64,000 bases of DNA from an uncultured Bacteriovoracaceae bacterium (GTDB lineage: Bacteria; Desulfobacterota; Desulfomonilia; UBA1062): the NCBI GenBank assembly GCA_964456565.1, contig CAYWBU010000001.1, forward strand, positions 22,827 to 86,826. Direction: 5' to 3'. The position numbers and the translations under genes are program-made. The notes beneath the pieces were generated by a model, which ran no database searches, was not told where the DNA came from, and saw only the letters and a program-made list of their open reading frames with translations. This document shows, piece after piece, positions 31,824 to 41,588 of the stretch. Every line of letters begins with the position of its first letter. The first letter of the stretch is position 1.

Positions 31824-32633
31824 ATGATTGATATCCATTTATGCCAGCCCGATGGCTGCAAGTCGTGCGGGGCATGCTGCGGGCTGTATAATTATGTTGA
31901 AAATTCCAGGCCGGCCCTGACCGAAAGGCTGCGGAACCGGACCCGGCTTTTTACCGGAGTCAGACGCGGGGACATTGAGCTTGACGCCTATCAGGAGGCC
32001 CTGCGGCACCGGGAAGATAACCGGCGGATCTATAAAACCATCTATACTTGCGAATTTGTGGGCTTTCTGGATGCCGATGAAAAACGGGTCGGCTGTATGC
32101 TGCACCCCATGGGCAATGATGGGATCGATCTGCGTGACCGAAGTTTTTACGGACAGGAAATCTGTGACGGGCATTTCTGTCCAAGCTACCAGAAGCTGGC
32201 ATCAAACGAGGCCCGGATCATGGTGGATGTTATCCAGGACTGGTATCTCTATGGCTGCGTGATAACCGACATCGATTTTGTCAGAGAGTTTTTCCGGATC
32301 GTGCAGGACTCTCTGGCCGAGACGCTCAAACCGCAGAAAGTTCTGGAATCAGAGCGGCTTGCCGCGATTATCCTGGAGTACTGCTCCCTGAAAACCAGCT
32401 GGCCCTATTGTGACAAGTCCCGCCCCCGTTTCGGTAAATATTTTTTTGTGGGTGAAGATTATGACATCGCCCGCATTGATTATGATAAAATTGGTGCAGA
32501 AAAGTCCCCATATGATAAAATTCTGTTGAGCCTGTCATCCATGTTTGATTCCGGCGCAGAGCTGGCGGCGGCAAATGCGGTGCTCACAGGGATTATTGAA
32601 AGGTTTGTCAGTGAATACAGAGAAATTGATTGA
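31824..32633 (+). CDS. YkgJ-family (CxxCxxCC) cysteine-cluster protein with C-terminal extension
   Basis: CKSCGACCG, then C...C...H..C and DGHFCP motifs as in UPF0153/YkgJ zinc- or iron-chelating domains. 16 nt after the small ORF. Confidence 0.55.
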   Translation: MIDIHLCQPDGCKSCGACCGLYNYVENSRPALTERLRNRTRLFTGVRRGDIELDAYQEALRHREDNRRIYKTIYTCEFVGFLDADEKRVGCMLHPMGNDGIDLRDRSFYGQEICDGHFCPSYQKLASNEARIMVDVIQDWYLYGCVITDIDFVREFFRIVQDSLAETLKPQKVLESERLAAIILEYCSLKTSWPYCDKSRPRFGKYFFVGEDYDIARIDYDKIGAEKSPYDKILLSLSSMFDSGAELAAANAVLTGIIERFVSEYREID

Positions 32634-33438
32634 TGATATTATCGGTCTGGCGCTGATGGAAGACGGCGCCGATGTGACATCCATGGCCATCTTCAGTCCT
32701 GAAGAGACAATCAGAAGTGTGCTGGTCGCCAAGGCGAGCGGAGTCATTGCCGGAGTGCGGATCGCCGAGCGGGTTTTTACGGCCGTCAATCAGCAGATTC
32801 ATATGGAAATCAGCAAAGATGACGGATCCGCCGTGAATCCCGGTGATGAGATTGCGGTGGTGACAGGTCCGGCCAGTGATGTGCTCAAGGCCGAGCGGGT
32901 TGCCCTCAATTTCATGCAGCGCATGTCGGGGATTGCTACCATCACGGCCGAATATGTCCGGCAGGTCAAAGGAACCGGTGCCCGGGTGCTGGATACCCGC
33001 AAGACCGTTCCGGGACTGCGGGTGCTTGATAAGATGGCCGTCCGGTCCGGTGGCGGACTGAATCACCGCATGGGGCTCTATGATATGGCCATGATCAAGG
33101 ATAACCATATTGATAATGCCGGTTCGATTGAAAGGGCGGTCGAGCTCCTCAGGCAGGCCAATCCGGATATCCCCCTGATCGTGGAGGCCCGTTCGATTGA
33201 TGACGTGCGGCGCCTGCTGGTCCTGAAAGTGGACCGGATCCTGCTCGATAATTTTGATACTGCGATGCTCAGGGAGGCGGTGGAGCTGGTTGCCGGTCGC
33301 ATTCCCCTGGAGGCGTCCGGCGGGATAAATCTGAAGACCATCCGGGGTGTGGCTGAAACCGGAGTCGATTATATCTCTGTTGGAGACCTGACCCACTCGG
33401 TCAAGGCCCTTGATATTTCAATGATTATTGGAGATTGA
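32611..33438 (+). CDS. nadC: nicotinate-nucleotide pyrophosphorylase (quinolinate phosphoribosyltransferase)
   Basis: LALMEDGADVTS...AGV...RVLDTRKT.PGLR..DK.AV..GGG.NHR..L.D...IKDNH. The start is ambiguous (GTG at 32611 or ATG at 32575) and overlaps the upstream gene. Confidence 0.8.
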   Translation: MNTEKLIDDIIGLALMEDGADVTSMAIFSPEETIRSVLVAKASGVIAGVRIAERVFTAVNQQIHMEISKDDGSAVNPGDEIAVVTGPASDVLKAERVALNFMQRMSGIATITAEYVRQVKGTGARVLDTRKTVPGLRVLDKMAVRSGGGLNHRMGLYDMAMIKDNHIDNAGSIERAVELLRQANPDIPLIVEARSIDDVRRLLVLKVDRILLDNFDTAMLREAVELVAGRIPLEASGGINLKTIRGVAETGVDYISVGDLTHSVKALDISMIIGD

Positions 33439-34475
33439 AAATGGACAAAAAGCAGGCCCGTGAAATTGTAATGCAGGCTAAGGCCGATCTGGGTGAGAGG
33501 CTGGTTATTCTGGGGCATCATTACCAGCACGATGATATCATTCAGGTGGTGGACTATGTCGGTGATTCACTTGAACTGGCACGTACCGTGCCCTATCTGG
33601 AACAGGCCGAGATTATTGTTTTCTGCGGTGTTTTCTTTATGGCTGAAACGGCCTCGATCCTGGCGCCGCAAAAGAGGGTGCTTATTCCCGACCGGAATGC
33701 CGGCTGTCCCATGGCGGACATGGCTCCCCTGGCCGAGGTGGCCCATGCCTGGGAATTCATCGCCGATGCTCCCGGCAGGACTGTTCCGGTGACCTATGTA
33801 AATTCCTCGGCCGAGATAAAGGCCTTCTGCGGTCGGCACGGCGGCACGGTATGCACCTCGGGCAATGCCGAAAAGGTCCTGAAATCCGTCATGCAGGAGG
33901 CCGACCGGGTCTTTTTCATGCCGGACAGGAATCTGGGCCGTAATACCGCCTGTAAGCTTGGCCTGGATGCCGCTGATATAGTCGAGTGGGATCCTGCGCA
34001 GACCTCCGGCGGACTCAGTGCCGATGACCTTGGCAGGGCCAGGATGGTCTTGTGGAAGGGCTGGTGTCCGGTGCACTGGCCGGCCTTGAGCGCTGATGAT
34101 GTGCGGGCAGTCCGCAGGGATCATCCCGGCATCCGCACCATTGTCCATCCCGAGGCCGATCCGGCAACAGTGGCCGAATGCGACCTCGCCGGCTCGACCG
34201 CTCAGATCCTGGAATTTGTCAAAGGACTCTCTCTGGGCGACAGAGTGGCGATCGGGACGGAATATAACATGGTTAACCGCATCGCTGATAATTTCCATGA
34301 GATTGTGCGCGTCCTGCCCATCCGCCAGGTTGAGTGCGATGGCATGGGCCGCATAACCCTTCCCAAACTGGCCGAATGCCTGCTGAATATCGATTCGGCC
34401 ACCAATGAGGTCAAGGTGGAAGATGGGGTTGCGGTTGAAGCCCTGCTGGCCCTTGACCGGATGCTGAGGATCTGA
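33435..34475 (+). CDS. nadA: quinolinate synthase
   Basis: ILGHHYQ...VDYVGDSLELAR...FCGVFFMAE motifs. ATGA overlap with nadC. Confidence 0.9.
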   Translation: MKMDKKQAREIVMQAKADLGERLVILGHHYQHDDIIQVVDYVGDSLELARTVPYLEQAEIIVFCGVFFMAETASILAPQKRVLIPDRNAGCPMADMAPLAEVAHAWEFIADAPGRTVPVTYVNSSAEIKAFCGRHGGTVCTSGNAEKVLKSVMQEADRVFFMPDRNLGRNTACKLGLDAADIVEWDPAQTSGGLSADDLGRARMVLWKGWCPVHWPALSADDVRAVRRDHPGIRTIVHPEADPATVAECDLAGSTAQILEFVKGLSLGDRVAIGTEYNMVNRIADNFHEIVRVLPIRQVECDGMGRITLPKLAECLLNIDSATNEVKVEDGVAVEALLALDRMLRI

Positions 34476-34477
34476 TC

Positions 34478-36124
34478 ATGCCCTCTAATATGCGTGAAAC
34501 CGACTGCCTTATTCTTGGAACCGGGATAGCCGGCAGCACCTGCGCCCTGGTGGCCGCCCGGGCCGGATTAAAGGTTACCATGGTCACCAAACGTTCGGAT
34601 CCGACCTACAACAACAGCAATCGGGCCCAGGGCGGAATCATCTACAAGGGCGAAAGCGACAGTGCCGAGCTGCTGGCCGCCGATATAATCAAGGCCGGCC
34701 GCAATGTGAATTCACGGGCCAGTGTTGAGTATCTGGCCGAGAACGGCCCCAGGGTTGTCAAGGAAATCCTGATCGATCAGCTCAAGGTCGGATTTACGCA
34801 TATCAGCGGAGCCGAAGAGGAGTCTTATGACCTGACCAGGGAGGGCGGCCATTCCATTAACCGGATTCTTTATGCCGCCGACCATACCGGGCAGGTGATC
34901 GAGCGCGCCCTGATCGATGAACTGCTCAAATATGAAAATGTTGAGATCATCACCCGGGCGACCGGCATTGACCTGATTACCCTGCAGCACCACTCCACCG
35001 ATGTTCAGGCCCACTATGAATTGAAGGACCGCTGTCTGGGAGCCTACGTCTTCATGCATGAGAGCAAGGAGGTTCAGACCATCAGGGCCCAGTATACGGT
35101 GCTGGCAACCGGTGGTCTCGGTGATCTCTATGTGCATTCCACCAATGAGAAGGGCACTGTCGGTGACGGGCTGGTAATGGCCCGGCGGGCCGGAGCCCGG
35201 GCCATCAACATGGAATATATGCAGTTCCATCCCACGACCCTGTATATCCCCGGTCAGCGGCGTTTCCTGATTTCGGAGGCCGTCCGGGGGGAGGGCGCCC
35301 GGCTCATGAATCTCAGGGGCGAATATTTCATGGAGAAGTACAACCCCAAGCTCAGGGATCTGGCACCCAGGGATGAGGTCACTGTGGCCATCTGGGAGGA
35401 GATGATCAATAACCAGGAAAAACATGTGCTGCTGGATGCGGCCAACCATGTCAAGGAAGACCTGGTGCAGCGTTTTCCCAGTATCTACCGTACCTGTCTC
35501 AACAACGGGATCGATATTACCAAAGAACCTATTCCGGTGGTGCCGGCCGCCCATTATTTCTGCGGGGGGGTCCATGTGGATACCCGCGGGCGTTCCACGC
35601 TCAACGGACTGTATGCCGTTGGCGAGGTTTCCTGCACCGGTCTGCATGGCGCCAACCGGCTGGCCTCGACATCCCTGCTGGCAGGACTTACCCGGGGATG
35701 TTCTGCGGCCCGTGACCTTACCGCGCGGATCAACTCCGGTGATACGGTGAATGTCGGCACATTGAAGGCTGTGCGCGACTGGATCACCACCGGGAATGTG
35801 GAAAACGAGGACCCGGCCCTGATTGCCCAGGACTGGATGCAGGTCAAGGCCACCATGTGGAATTATGTGGGAATCGTCAGGACTCTGCCGCGTCTGCGGC
35901 GGGCCATTGCCGATCTGCGCAACATGTATATCCGGATTGAGGATTTCTACCGGGAGACGCCGGTGTCCAAGGACATTATCAGCCTGTTCCATGGCACCCA
36001 GGCCGCCATTCTGGTTGCGGAAGCGGCTTTTCGAAATCCCAATTCGCTGGGATGCCACAATGTGCGCGCCGCGGCCCGTGATTCGAAAAAATCTTTTCCG
36101 GCCATGCGGTCATATAAATATTAG
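34478..36124 (+). CDS. nadB: L-aspartate oxidase
   Basis: DCLILGTGIAGSTCAL FAD fold, followed by fumarate reductase/succinate dehydrogenase flavoprotein-like motifs (HYFCGG, EVSCTGLHGANRLASTSL). Confidence 0.9.
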   Translation: MPSNMRETDCLILGTGIAGSTCALVAARAGLKVTMVTKRSDPTYNNSNRAQGGIIYKGESDSAELLAADIIKAGRNVNSRASVEYLAENGPRVVKEILIDQLKVGFTHISGAEEESYDLTREGGHSINRILYAADHTGQVIERALIDELLKYENVEIITRATGIDLITLQHHSTDVQAHYELKDRCLGAYVFMHESKEVQTIRAQYTVLATGGLGDLYVHSTNEKGTVGDGLVMARRAGARAINMEYMQFHPTTLYIPGQRRFLISEAVRGEGARLMNLRGEYFMEKYNPKLRDLAPRDEVTVAIWEEMINNQEKHVLLDAANHVKEDLVQRFPSIYRTCLNNGIDITKEPIPVVPAAHYFCGGVHVDTRGRSTLNGLYAVGEVSCTGLHGANRLASTSLLAGLTRGCSAARDLTARINSGDTVNVGTLKAVRDWITTGNVENEDPALIAQDWMQVKATMWNYVGIVRTLPRLRRAIADLRNMYIRIEDFYRETPVSKDIISLFHGTQAAILVAEAAFRNPNSLGCHNVRAAARDSKKSFPAMRSYKY

Positions 36125-36174
36125 AAAAAAACAGACAGAGCGGGCCTTCGTTAGGATTAAGAGCGTTAAATCCC

Positions 36175-36203
36175 TTGACAATCAGGTCAGATTTATTTAA
36201 TAG
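36175..36203 (+). promoter_or_regulatory. sigma-70-type promoter of the rplU operon
   Basis: TTGACA-N17-TAATAG, about 40 nt upstream of the rplU start. Confidence 0.45.
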
Positions 36204-36241
36204 CTCTGCATCTTTCATACAAATAGCAGTAGAGGTGTAGT

Positions 36242-36550
36242 ATGTACGCAGTGATCAGGACTGGTGGAAAACAGTATAAAGTTGAAGAAGGCGATAAGAT
36301 AAAAGTTGAAAAAATCGTTGCCGAGAAGGGTGATGATGTAGTTTTCGATGACGTCCTTTTCCTCGGAGGCGAGGACTATAAGCTGGGTGATCCCAATGTT
36401 GAAGGCGCCGCAGTAAAGGGACGGGTTGTGCGTCAGATGCGCGACAAAAAGATCATTGTCTTCAAGATGAAACGCAGAAAAAGTTATCATAAGAAACAGG
36501 GACACAGACAGAATCTCACCGAGGTTGAGATTACAAAGATCGAGGCTTAA
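36242..36550 (+). CDS. rplU: 50S ribosomal protein L21
   Basis: [18 protein letters not shown]. Confidence 0.95.
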   Translation: MYAVIRTGGKQYKVEEGDKIKVEKIVAEKGDDVVFDDVLFLGGEDYKLGDPNVEGAAVKGRVVRQMRDKKIIVFKMKRRKSYHKKQGHRQNLTEVEITKIEA

Positions 36551-36565
36551 CGAGGAGGATCTTCG

Positions 36566-36826
36566 ATGGCTCATAAGAAATCAGGTGGTACATCCAGAAA
36601 CGGAAGAGATACAGCCGGTAAACGGCTGGGAGTAAAAAAGTTTGACGGGCAGGCCGTTACTGCCGGAAGCATTATTGTGCGCCAGCGTGGTACCAAGATC
36701 CATCCCGGTGAAAATGTGGGCTGCGGCCGTGATTATACTCTTTTTGCTCTGAAAGACGGTGTTGTAAAGTTTGAAACCCTTTATAACAATAAAAAAAGGG
36801 TCAATATAATTTCTGACGCTGCTTAA
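36566..36826 (+). CDS. rpmA: 50S ribosomal protein L27
   Basis: [24 protein letters not shown]. Confidence 0.95.
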   Translation: MAHKKSGGTSRNGRDTAGKRLGVKKFDGQAVTAGSIIVRQRGTKIHPGENVGCGRDYTLFALKDGVVKFETLYNNKKRVNIISDAA

Positions 36827-37842
36827 TGGACTTTATAGATGAGTCCAAGATCTATATAAAAGCGGGCAGCGGCGGAAAGGGCTGCTGCTCGTTTCGACGT
36901 GAAAAATTTGTTCCCAAAGGTGGCCCTGACGGCGGAGATGGCGGAAAAGGTGGCGATGTAATCATCCGGGCCGTCCGCAAAACCAACACCTTGCTGGATC
37001 AGCGGGTCCGGCCTCACCAGAAAGCCAAACGCGGCATCCACGGCATGGGGCGTAATCGTGCCGGAAAGTCAGGGGACGACTGTATCATTGATGTCCCGAT
37101 CGGGACTATCGTCAAAGATTTAGATACCGGCGAGATTCTTGCCGATCTCAAGCATGAAGGACAGAGTATTGTGGCGGCCCGCGGCGGGCATGGCGGCCGC
37201 GGCAATTCCCATTTTGTATCCTCAATAAATCAGGCCCCGACTCATTGTGAGCCCGGTGAAGCCGGCGAGGAGAAGACCCTGCTGCTGGAGCTCAAGCTGC
37301 TGGCGGATGTGGGGATTGTGGGTTACCCTAATGCCGGCAAATCAACCATGATATCGAGGGTTTCAAATGCAAGACCCAAAATTGCCGACTATCCCTTCAC
37401 TACGCTGACCCCCAATCTCGGGGTTGTCCGTCACCGTGAAAAAGATTTTGTGATTGCCGACATTCCCGGAATAATTGACGGGGCCCATGAAGGCGTCGGG
37501 CTGGGACTGCGGTTTTTGCGCCATATAGAACGTACGCGGATACTGGTCTTTGTGGTTGATATGTCACCGGATACCGGCCGGGATGAGCTGGTTGAACTGG
37601 AAAAACTGCAGGCCGAACTGCAGCAGTACTCTGCTGAGCTGGCACAGCGTAAACAGATTGTGGTCCTGAATAAATGTGATATAACCGAAGGCAGGACGAA
37701 AGCCCAAGAAATAATTGAAATTATAAAGGGCAGAGGTTATCCTTGTTTCATGGCCTCAACCTTCAGCGGTGAGGGGTTGAATGAAGTGCTTGATGAAATA
37801 GTAAGGGAACTCAATGACGGAGAATATCAGAGCATCGCTTAA
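36826..37842 (+). CDS. obgE: GTPase Obg/CgtA
   Basis: N-terminal Gly-rich Obg fold (GGKGG...GG.GG.G) and G-domain GYPNAGKST...DIPG...NKCD. TAATG overlap with rpmA. Confidence 0.9.
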   Translation: MDFIDESKIYIKAGSGGKGCCSFRREKFVPKGGPDGGDGGKGGDVIIRAVRKTNTLLDQRVRPHQKAKRGIHGMGRNRAGKSGDDCIIDVPIGTIVKDLDTGEILADLKHEGQSIVAARGGHGGRGNSHFVSSINQAPTHCEPGEAGEEKTLLLELKLLADVGIVGYPNAGKSTMISRVSNARPKIADYPFTTLTPNLGVVRHREKDFVIADIPGIIDGAHEGVGLGLRFLRHIERTRILVFVVDMSPDTGRDELVELEKLQAELQQYSAELAQRKQIVVLNKCDITEGRTKAQEIIEIIKGRGYPCFMASTFSGEGLNEVLDEIVRELNDGEYQSIA

Positions 37843-38956
37843 AGACTGCCGGCGTTTCATCGTAAAAATCGGTTCAAGTTCTCTCACCACAGAAAACGGG
37901 CTCAATTACAGGGTAATAGACCGTTTGTGCGACGAGCTGGCACTGCTCAAGGATAATGGACGTGAATTTGCCTTTGTGTCTTCCGGTGCAGTTGCCGCCG
38001 GAAGGGCCAAGGTTAATCTGAAAGACAGCCCTAAGGCGCTGGCCCGCACCCAGGCCATGGCGGCAATCGGGCAGGGAAGCCTGATCCGTGGATATCACAA
38101 CGCCTTCAAGCGCTACGGGCATATCGTGGCCCAGATCCTGATCACCCGTGACGACCTGGATGACCGTCAACGTTATCTCAACATCCGCAATACATTTACG
38201 GAGCTCTTCGAACTGGGAGTCATCCCGATAATCAATGAGAATGACACGGTCTCAGTGGATGAACTGCAGTTTTCCGATAATGACATGCTGACCGCCATGG
38301 TCGCTCCGCTGGTAAGTGCTCAGGCCATGATAATCCTGACCGATACCGATGGCGTATATGACATGGATCCGCGGACCGCCAGTACAGCCAAGAGGATCCC
38401 GGAGATTGCGGAGATCAAGCGTAAGGATCTGCAGGCCTTGAGCGCTGAAGCCGGTAACGTCGGCCGCGGCGGGATGCAGTCGAAACTCAAGGCGGCCTAC
38501 CATGCGGCGGCCCTCGGAATTCCCACTGTGGTGGCCTCGGCCTATCATCCCCAGGTGATCACGGCGATCCTGAATGGTGATGATGTGGGAACCCTGATTC
38601 ATCCGCGCCGGACCCGCAAAATGACCCAGAAAGATCACTGGATTGGCCTGGTGTCGCGTCCCAAGGGCAGGATTGTGGTTGATGCCGGTGCCGCCCGGAT
38701 GCTGTTGGAGCAGGGCAAGAGCCTGTTGCCTTGCGGGGTGGTGGCGACGGAGAAAAATTTCAAGAAAGGCGATCCGGTCGAGATAGCGGATGAGTCGGGC
38801 AATGTCCTAGCGGTGGGGCTTTCAAATTTTACTGCGGAAGAGGTTCTTAAAATCAAGGGGGCCAAAACCAGAGATGTGTGCCGGATCCTTGAATATGAAT
38901 GTTATGAGGAAATTGTTCACCGGAACAATATGACAATCAAAAAGGAGATGATCTGA
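37814..38956 (+). CDS. proB: glutamate 5-kinase (with PUA domain)
   Basis: RFIVKIGSSSLT...VSSGAVAAG amino-acid kinase fold and a C-terminal PUA domain. Confidence 0.9.
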   Translation: MTENIRASLKDCRRFIVKIGSSSLTTENGLNYRVIDRLCDELALLKDNGREFAFVSSGAVAAGRAKVNLKDSPKALARTQAMAAIGQGSLIRGYHNAFKRYGHIVAQILITRDDLDDRQRYLNIRNTFTELFELGVIPIINENDTVSVDELQFSDNDMLTAMVAPLVSAQAMIILTDTDGVYDMDPRTASTAKRIPEIAEIKRKDLQALSAEAGNVGRGGMQSKLKAAYHAAALGIPTVVASAYHPQVITAILNGDDVGTLIHPRRTRKMTQKDHWIGLVSRPKGRIVVDAGAARMLLEQGKSLLPCGVVATEKNFKKGDPVEIADESGNVLAVGLSNFTAEEVLKIKGAKTRDVCRILEYECYEEIVHRNNMTIKKEMI

Positions 38957-40209
38957 TGGGAGATGCCCGGGTCACTGAAGTGGCAGCAAAGGCCAAAAAG
39001 GCTTCACGGTCGCTGCTGGATATTTCCAGCGGCCTCAAGGATAAGGCGCTCAGGGATATGGCGGCGGCCCTGCGCGAACATAAGGCCGAACTGCAATCAG
39101 AAAACCTTAGAGATCTGGAAAATGCCCGTGAAAACGGTTTGAGTTCGGCCATGATCGACCGGTTGACCCTTTCAGATAAGGTTGTCGAAGGCATGGCGGT
39201 CGCCCTGGAGGAAATTGCCGAACTGCCGGATCCGGTCGGCAATATTTCGCAGATGACGAGGCGTCCCAATGGCCTGATGGTCGGGCGCATGCGGATTCCC
39301 TTGGGGGTGGTGGCCATGATCTATGAATCCCGGCCCAATGTTACCGCCGATGCAACCGGGCTGTCGCTTAAATCCGGGAACGCGGTTGTGCTGCGTGGCG
39401 GCAGCGAGGCCATCCATTCCAATCGGGTAATTGTGAAGGTGCTGAAAAAATCGCTGGCAGATTCAGGGCTTGATCCGGATGTGCTGGGTTTCATCGATAT
39501 CACCGACCGCAGTGCGGTAATGGATATGCTCAAACTGGAAGACTATATCGATGTGGTCATTCCCCGCGGTGGAGAAGGCTTGATCCGGGCGGTTGTGGAA
39601 AATTCACGAATACCGGTCCTGAAACATTACAAGGGTGTCTGCCATATCTTTGTGGACCGCGATGCGGACCTGGAAAAGGCCTACCGCATTTGCCACAATG
39701 CCAAGGTGCAGCGACCCGGGGTGTGCAATGCCATGGAAACCCTGCTGGTGGATGCCGAGATCGCTGGCAGGTTCCTGCCGGAGATGATCAGCCGTCTGCG
39801 GGAAAGCGGGGTTGAAGTACGCGGCTGTGAGAAAACCCGGGCCATTGTCAGCGATGTTGTTGCGGCAACGGATGAGGACTGGCCCAAAGAATATGTGGAC
39901 CTGATCCTGGCTGTCAAGGTGGTCAGTGATATGGATGCCGCAATCGAGCATATCGAGCGCTACAGCTCCGATCATACCGAGGCCATCATTACCGAAAACT
40001 ATGCGCGGGCCATGGCCTTTTTGCGCCAGGTTGACTCTTCCAGTGTCATGGTGAATGCCAGCACCAGATTTGCCGATGGCGGTGAATTCGGTCTGGGAGC
40101 CGAAGTGGGCATCAGCACCTCAAAAGTGCACGCCTATGGTCCCATGGGGATCGAGGGCCTCACAATCGAAAAATTTGTCTGCTTTGGAGACGGGCAGATC
40201 AGGGAATGA
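38956..40209 (+). CDS. proA: gamma-glutamyl phosphate reductase
   Basis: Aldehyde dehydrogenase-like, with the C.....N..ETLLV motif. ATGA overlap with proB. Confidence 0.9.
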   Translation: MGDARVTEVAAKAKKASRSLLDISSGLKDKALRDMAAALREHKAELQSENLRDLENARENGLSSAMIDRLTLSDKVVEGMAVALEEIAELPDPVGNISQMTRRPNGLMVGRMRIPLGVVAMIYESRPNVTADATGLSLKSGNAVVLRGGSEAIHSNRVIVKVLKKSLADSGLDPDVLGFIDITDRSAVMDMLKLEDYIDVVIPRGGEGLIRAVVENSRIPVLKHYKGVCHIFVDRDADLEKAYRICHNAKVQRPGVCNAMETLLVDAEIAGRFLPEMISRLRESGVEVRGCEKTRAIVSDVVAATDEDWPKEYVDLILAVKVVSDMDAAIEHIERYSSDHTEAIITENYARAMAFLRQVDSSSVMVNASTRFADGGEFGLGAEVGISTSKVHAYGPMGIEGLTIEKFVCFGDGQIRE

Positions 40210-40832
40210 AGCTGGGTATCCTGGGAGGAACCTTTAATCCGGTCCATCTGGGGCACCTGCGCGCAGCCGAGGATGTCCTTGAGCAGGCCGGGCTGGAGCG
40301 AATTGTTTTTATTCCATCCCACACACCCCCACATAAAGATCTGTCCGGCGGGATTGCCGGTGATCTGCGCTATCGCATGGTGGAACTGGCAATTCGCGAC
40401 AATCCGCGTTTCGCGGTATCCGACTTCGAGATAAAACGCACCGGTCCATCTTATTCCATCAATACCATCAGGCAGATCGCCTCCGAATACGGGTGTGTGC
40501 CGTATTTCATCATGGGGCTGGATGCCTTTGCTGAAATCAGAGACTGGTTTGCGGTCGAGGATGTCCTGGCGGAAACCAATCTGATCATCATGTCGCGACC
40601 GGGCTGTGACCGTCCGCAACTGGACCGGCTTTTAGATGGAATCGCCGATTACCGCCCGGCCGGCGGAAAATTTATAAATGGGCATGGCCGGGAACTTGTT
40701 TTTTTGGATGTAACCCCGCTGGCAATTTCATCCAGCGACATCCGCAGACGTTGCGCAGCCGGCAGCTCATTGAAATATCTGCTGCCTGCGGCCGTGCAGG
40801 ATTTAATCGAAAAGGAGAAGATTTACGGCTGA
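40206..40832 (+). CDS. nadD: nicotinate-nucleotide adenylyltransferase
   Basis: LGILGGTFNPVHLGHL (HxGH nucleotidyltransferase). Confidence 0.85.
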   Translation: MKLGILGGTFNPVHLGHLRAAEDVLEQAGLERIVFIPSHTPPHKDLSGGIAGDLRYRMVELAIRDNPRFAVSDFEIKRTGPSYSINTIRQIASEYGCVPYFIMGLDAFAEIRDWFAVEDVLAETNLIIMSRPGCDRPQLDRLLDGIADYRPAGGKFINGHGRELVFLDVTPLAISSSDIRRRCAAGSSLKYLLPAAVQDLIEKEKIYG

Positions 40833-41158
40833 TGGAAGATAAATCGCTTTGGCAGAGGATCGTGGATGCCCTGGATGAACGCAAGGTGGATGATCTGGTT
40901 GCGCTGGACGTCTCGGAGATGTGCTCATTTACAAGTTCGATTGTGATCTGTTCGGGAAAGTCGGATCGCCAGGTCAAATCACTGGCTGAACACCTGATCG
41001 AGAAAATCGGCAAACCCGCCGGCAAAGAAGGCATTGAACAGGGACGCTGGGCCCTGCTGGATTACATGGAAGTAGTCGTGCATATCTTTCAGGAAGATGA
41101 GCGCCGTTATTATGATATCGAAGGGATGTGGCTGAAGGCCAAAAGGCTGACCGGATGA
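40832..41158 (+). CDS. rsfS: ribosomal silencing factor RsfS (Iojap)
   Basis: RKVDDLVALDVSE...DYMEVVVHIF. TGATG overlap with nadD. Confidence 0.8.
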   Translation: MEDKSLWQRIVDALDERKVDDLVALDVSEMCSFTSSIVICSGKSDRQVKSLAEHLIEKIGKPAGKEGIEQGRWALLDYMEVVVHIFQEDERRYYDIEGMWLKAKRLTG

Positions 41159-41565
41159 AGGTTGTTTTCTGCTTTGAGGGCAAGACCTTCAAGGGCCCGT
41201 TTGAAGAACTGCTGGAGGATTTCAAGAAGCGTATCGGCCGTTACTGCCCGGTTGAGATTATCGAGGCCAAGCAGCTCAAACCCCAGAGTCGTCCCGGGAA
41301 ACATATTCTGCTTTCGCCGGAGGGCAGGTCGTTTACTTCGGAGGAGTTTGCCTCAAAATTAGAGGACTATAAAGATTCGGGCACCAAAAACCTGTTTTTC
41401 TATGTGGGCGGCCCGGAAGGTTTTTCCGCTGACTTCAAGACCCGGTCCGATGAGCTGATCTCTTTTTCGGCCATGACCTTCAATCACCAGCTATTCAGGG
41501 TAATGCTGTTGGAACAGGTCTACCGGGCCTTCACCATTATCAATGGCGAACCCTATCATAAATAG
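41155..41565 (+). CDS. rlmH: 23S rRNA (pseudouridine1915-N3)-methyltransferase RlmH (SPOUT)
   Basis: MKVV...GK......E.YKDSG..N..FYVGGPEGF...NHQL.RVMLLEQ.YRA. ATGA overlap with rsfS. Confidence 0.8.
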   Translation: MKVVFCFEGKTFKGPFEELLEDFKKRIGRYCPVEIIEAKQLKPQSRPGKHILLSPEGRSFTSEEFASKLEDYKDSGTKNLFFYVGGPEGFSADFKTRSDELISFSAMTFNHQLFRVMLLEQVYRAFTIINGEPYHK

Positions 41566-41588
41566 GATCACGATCGGATGCCAACCTG

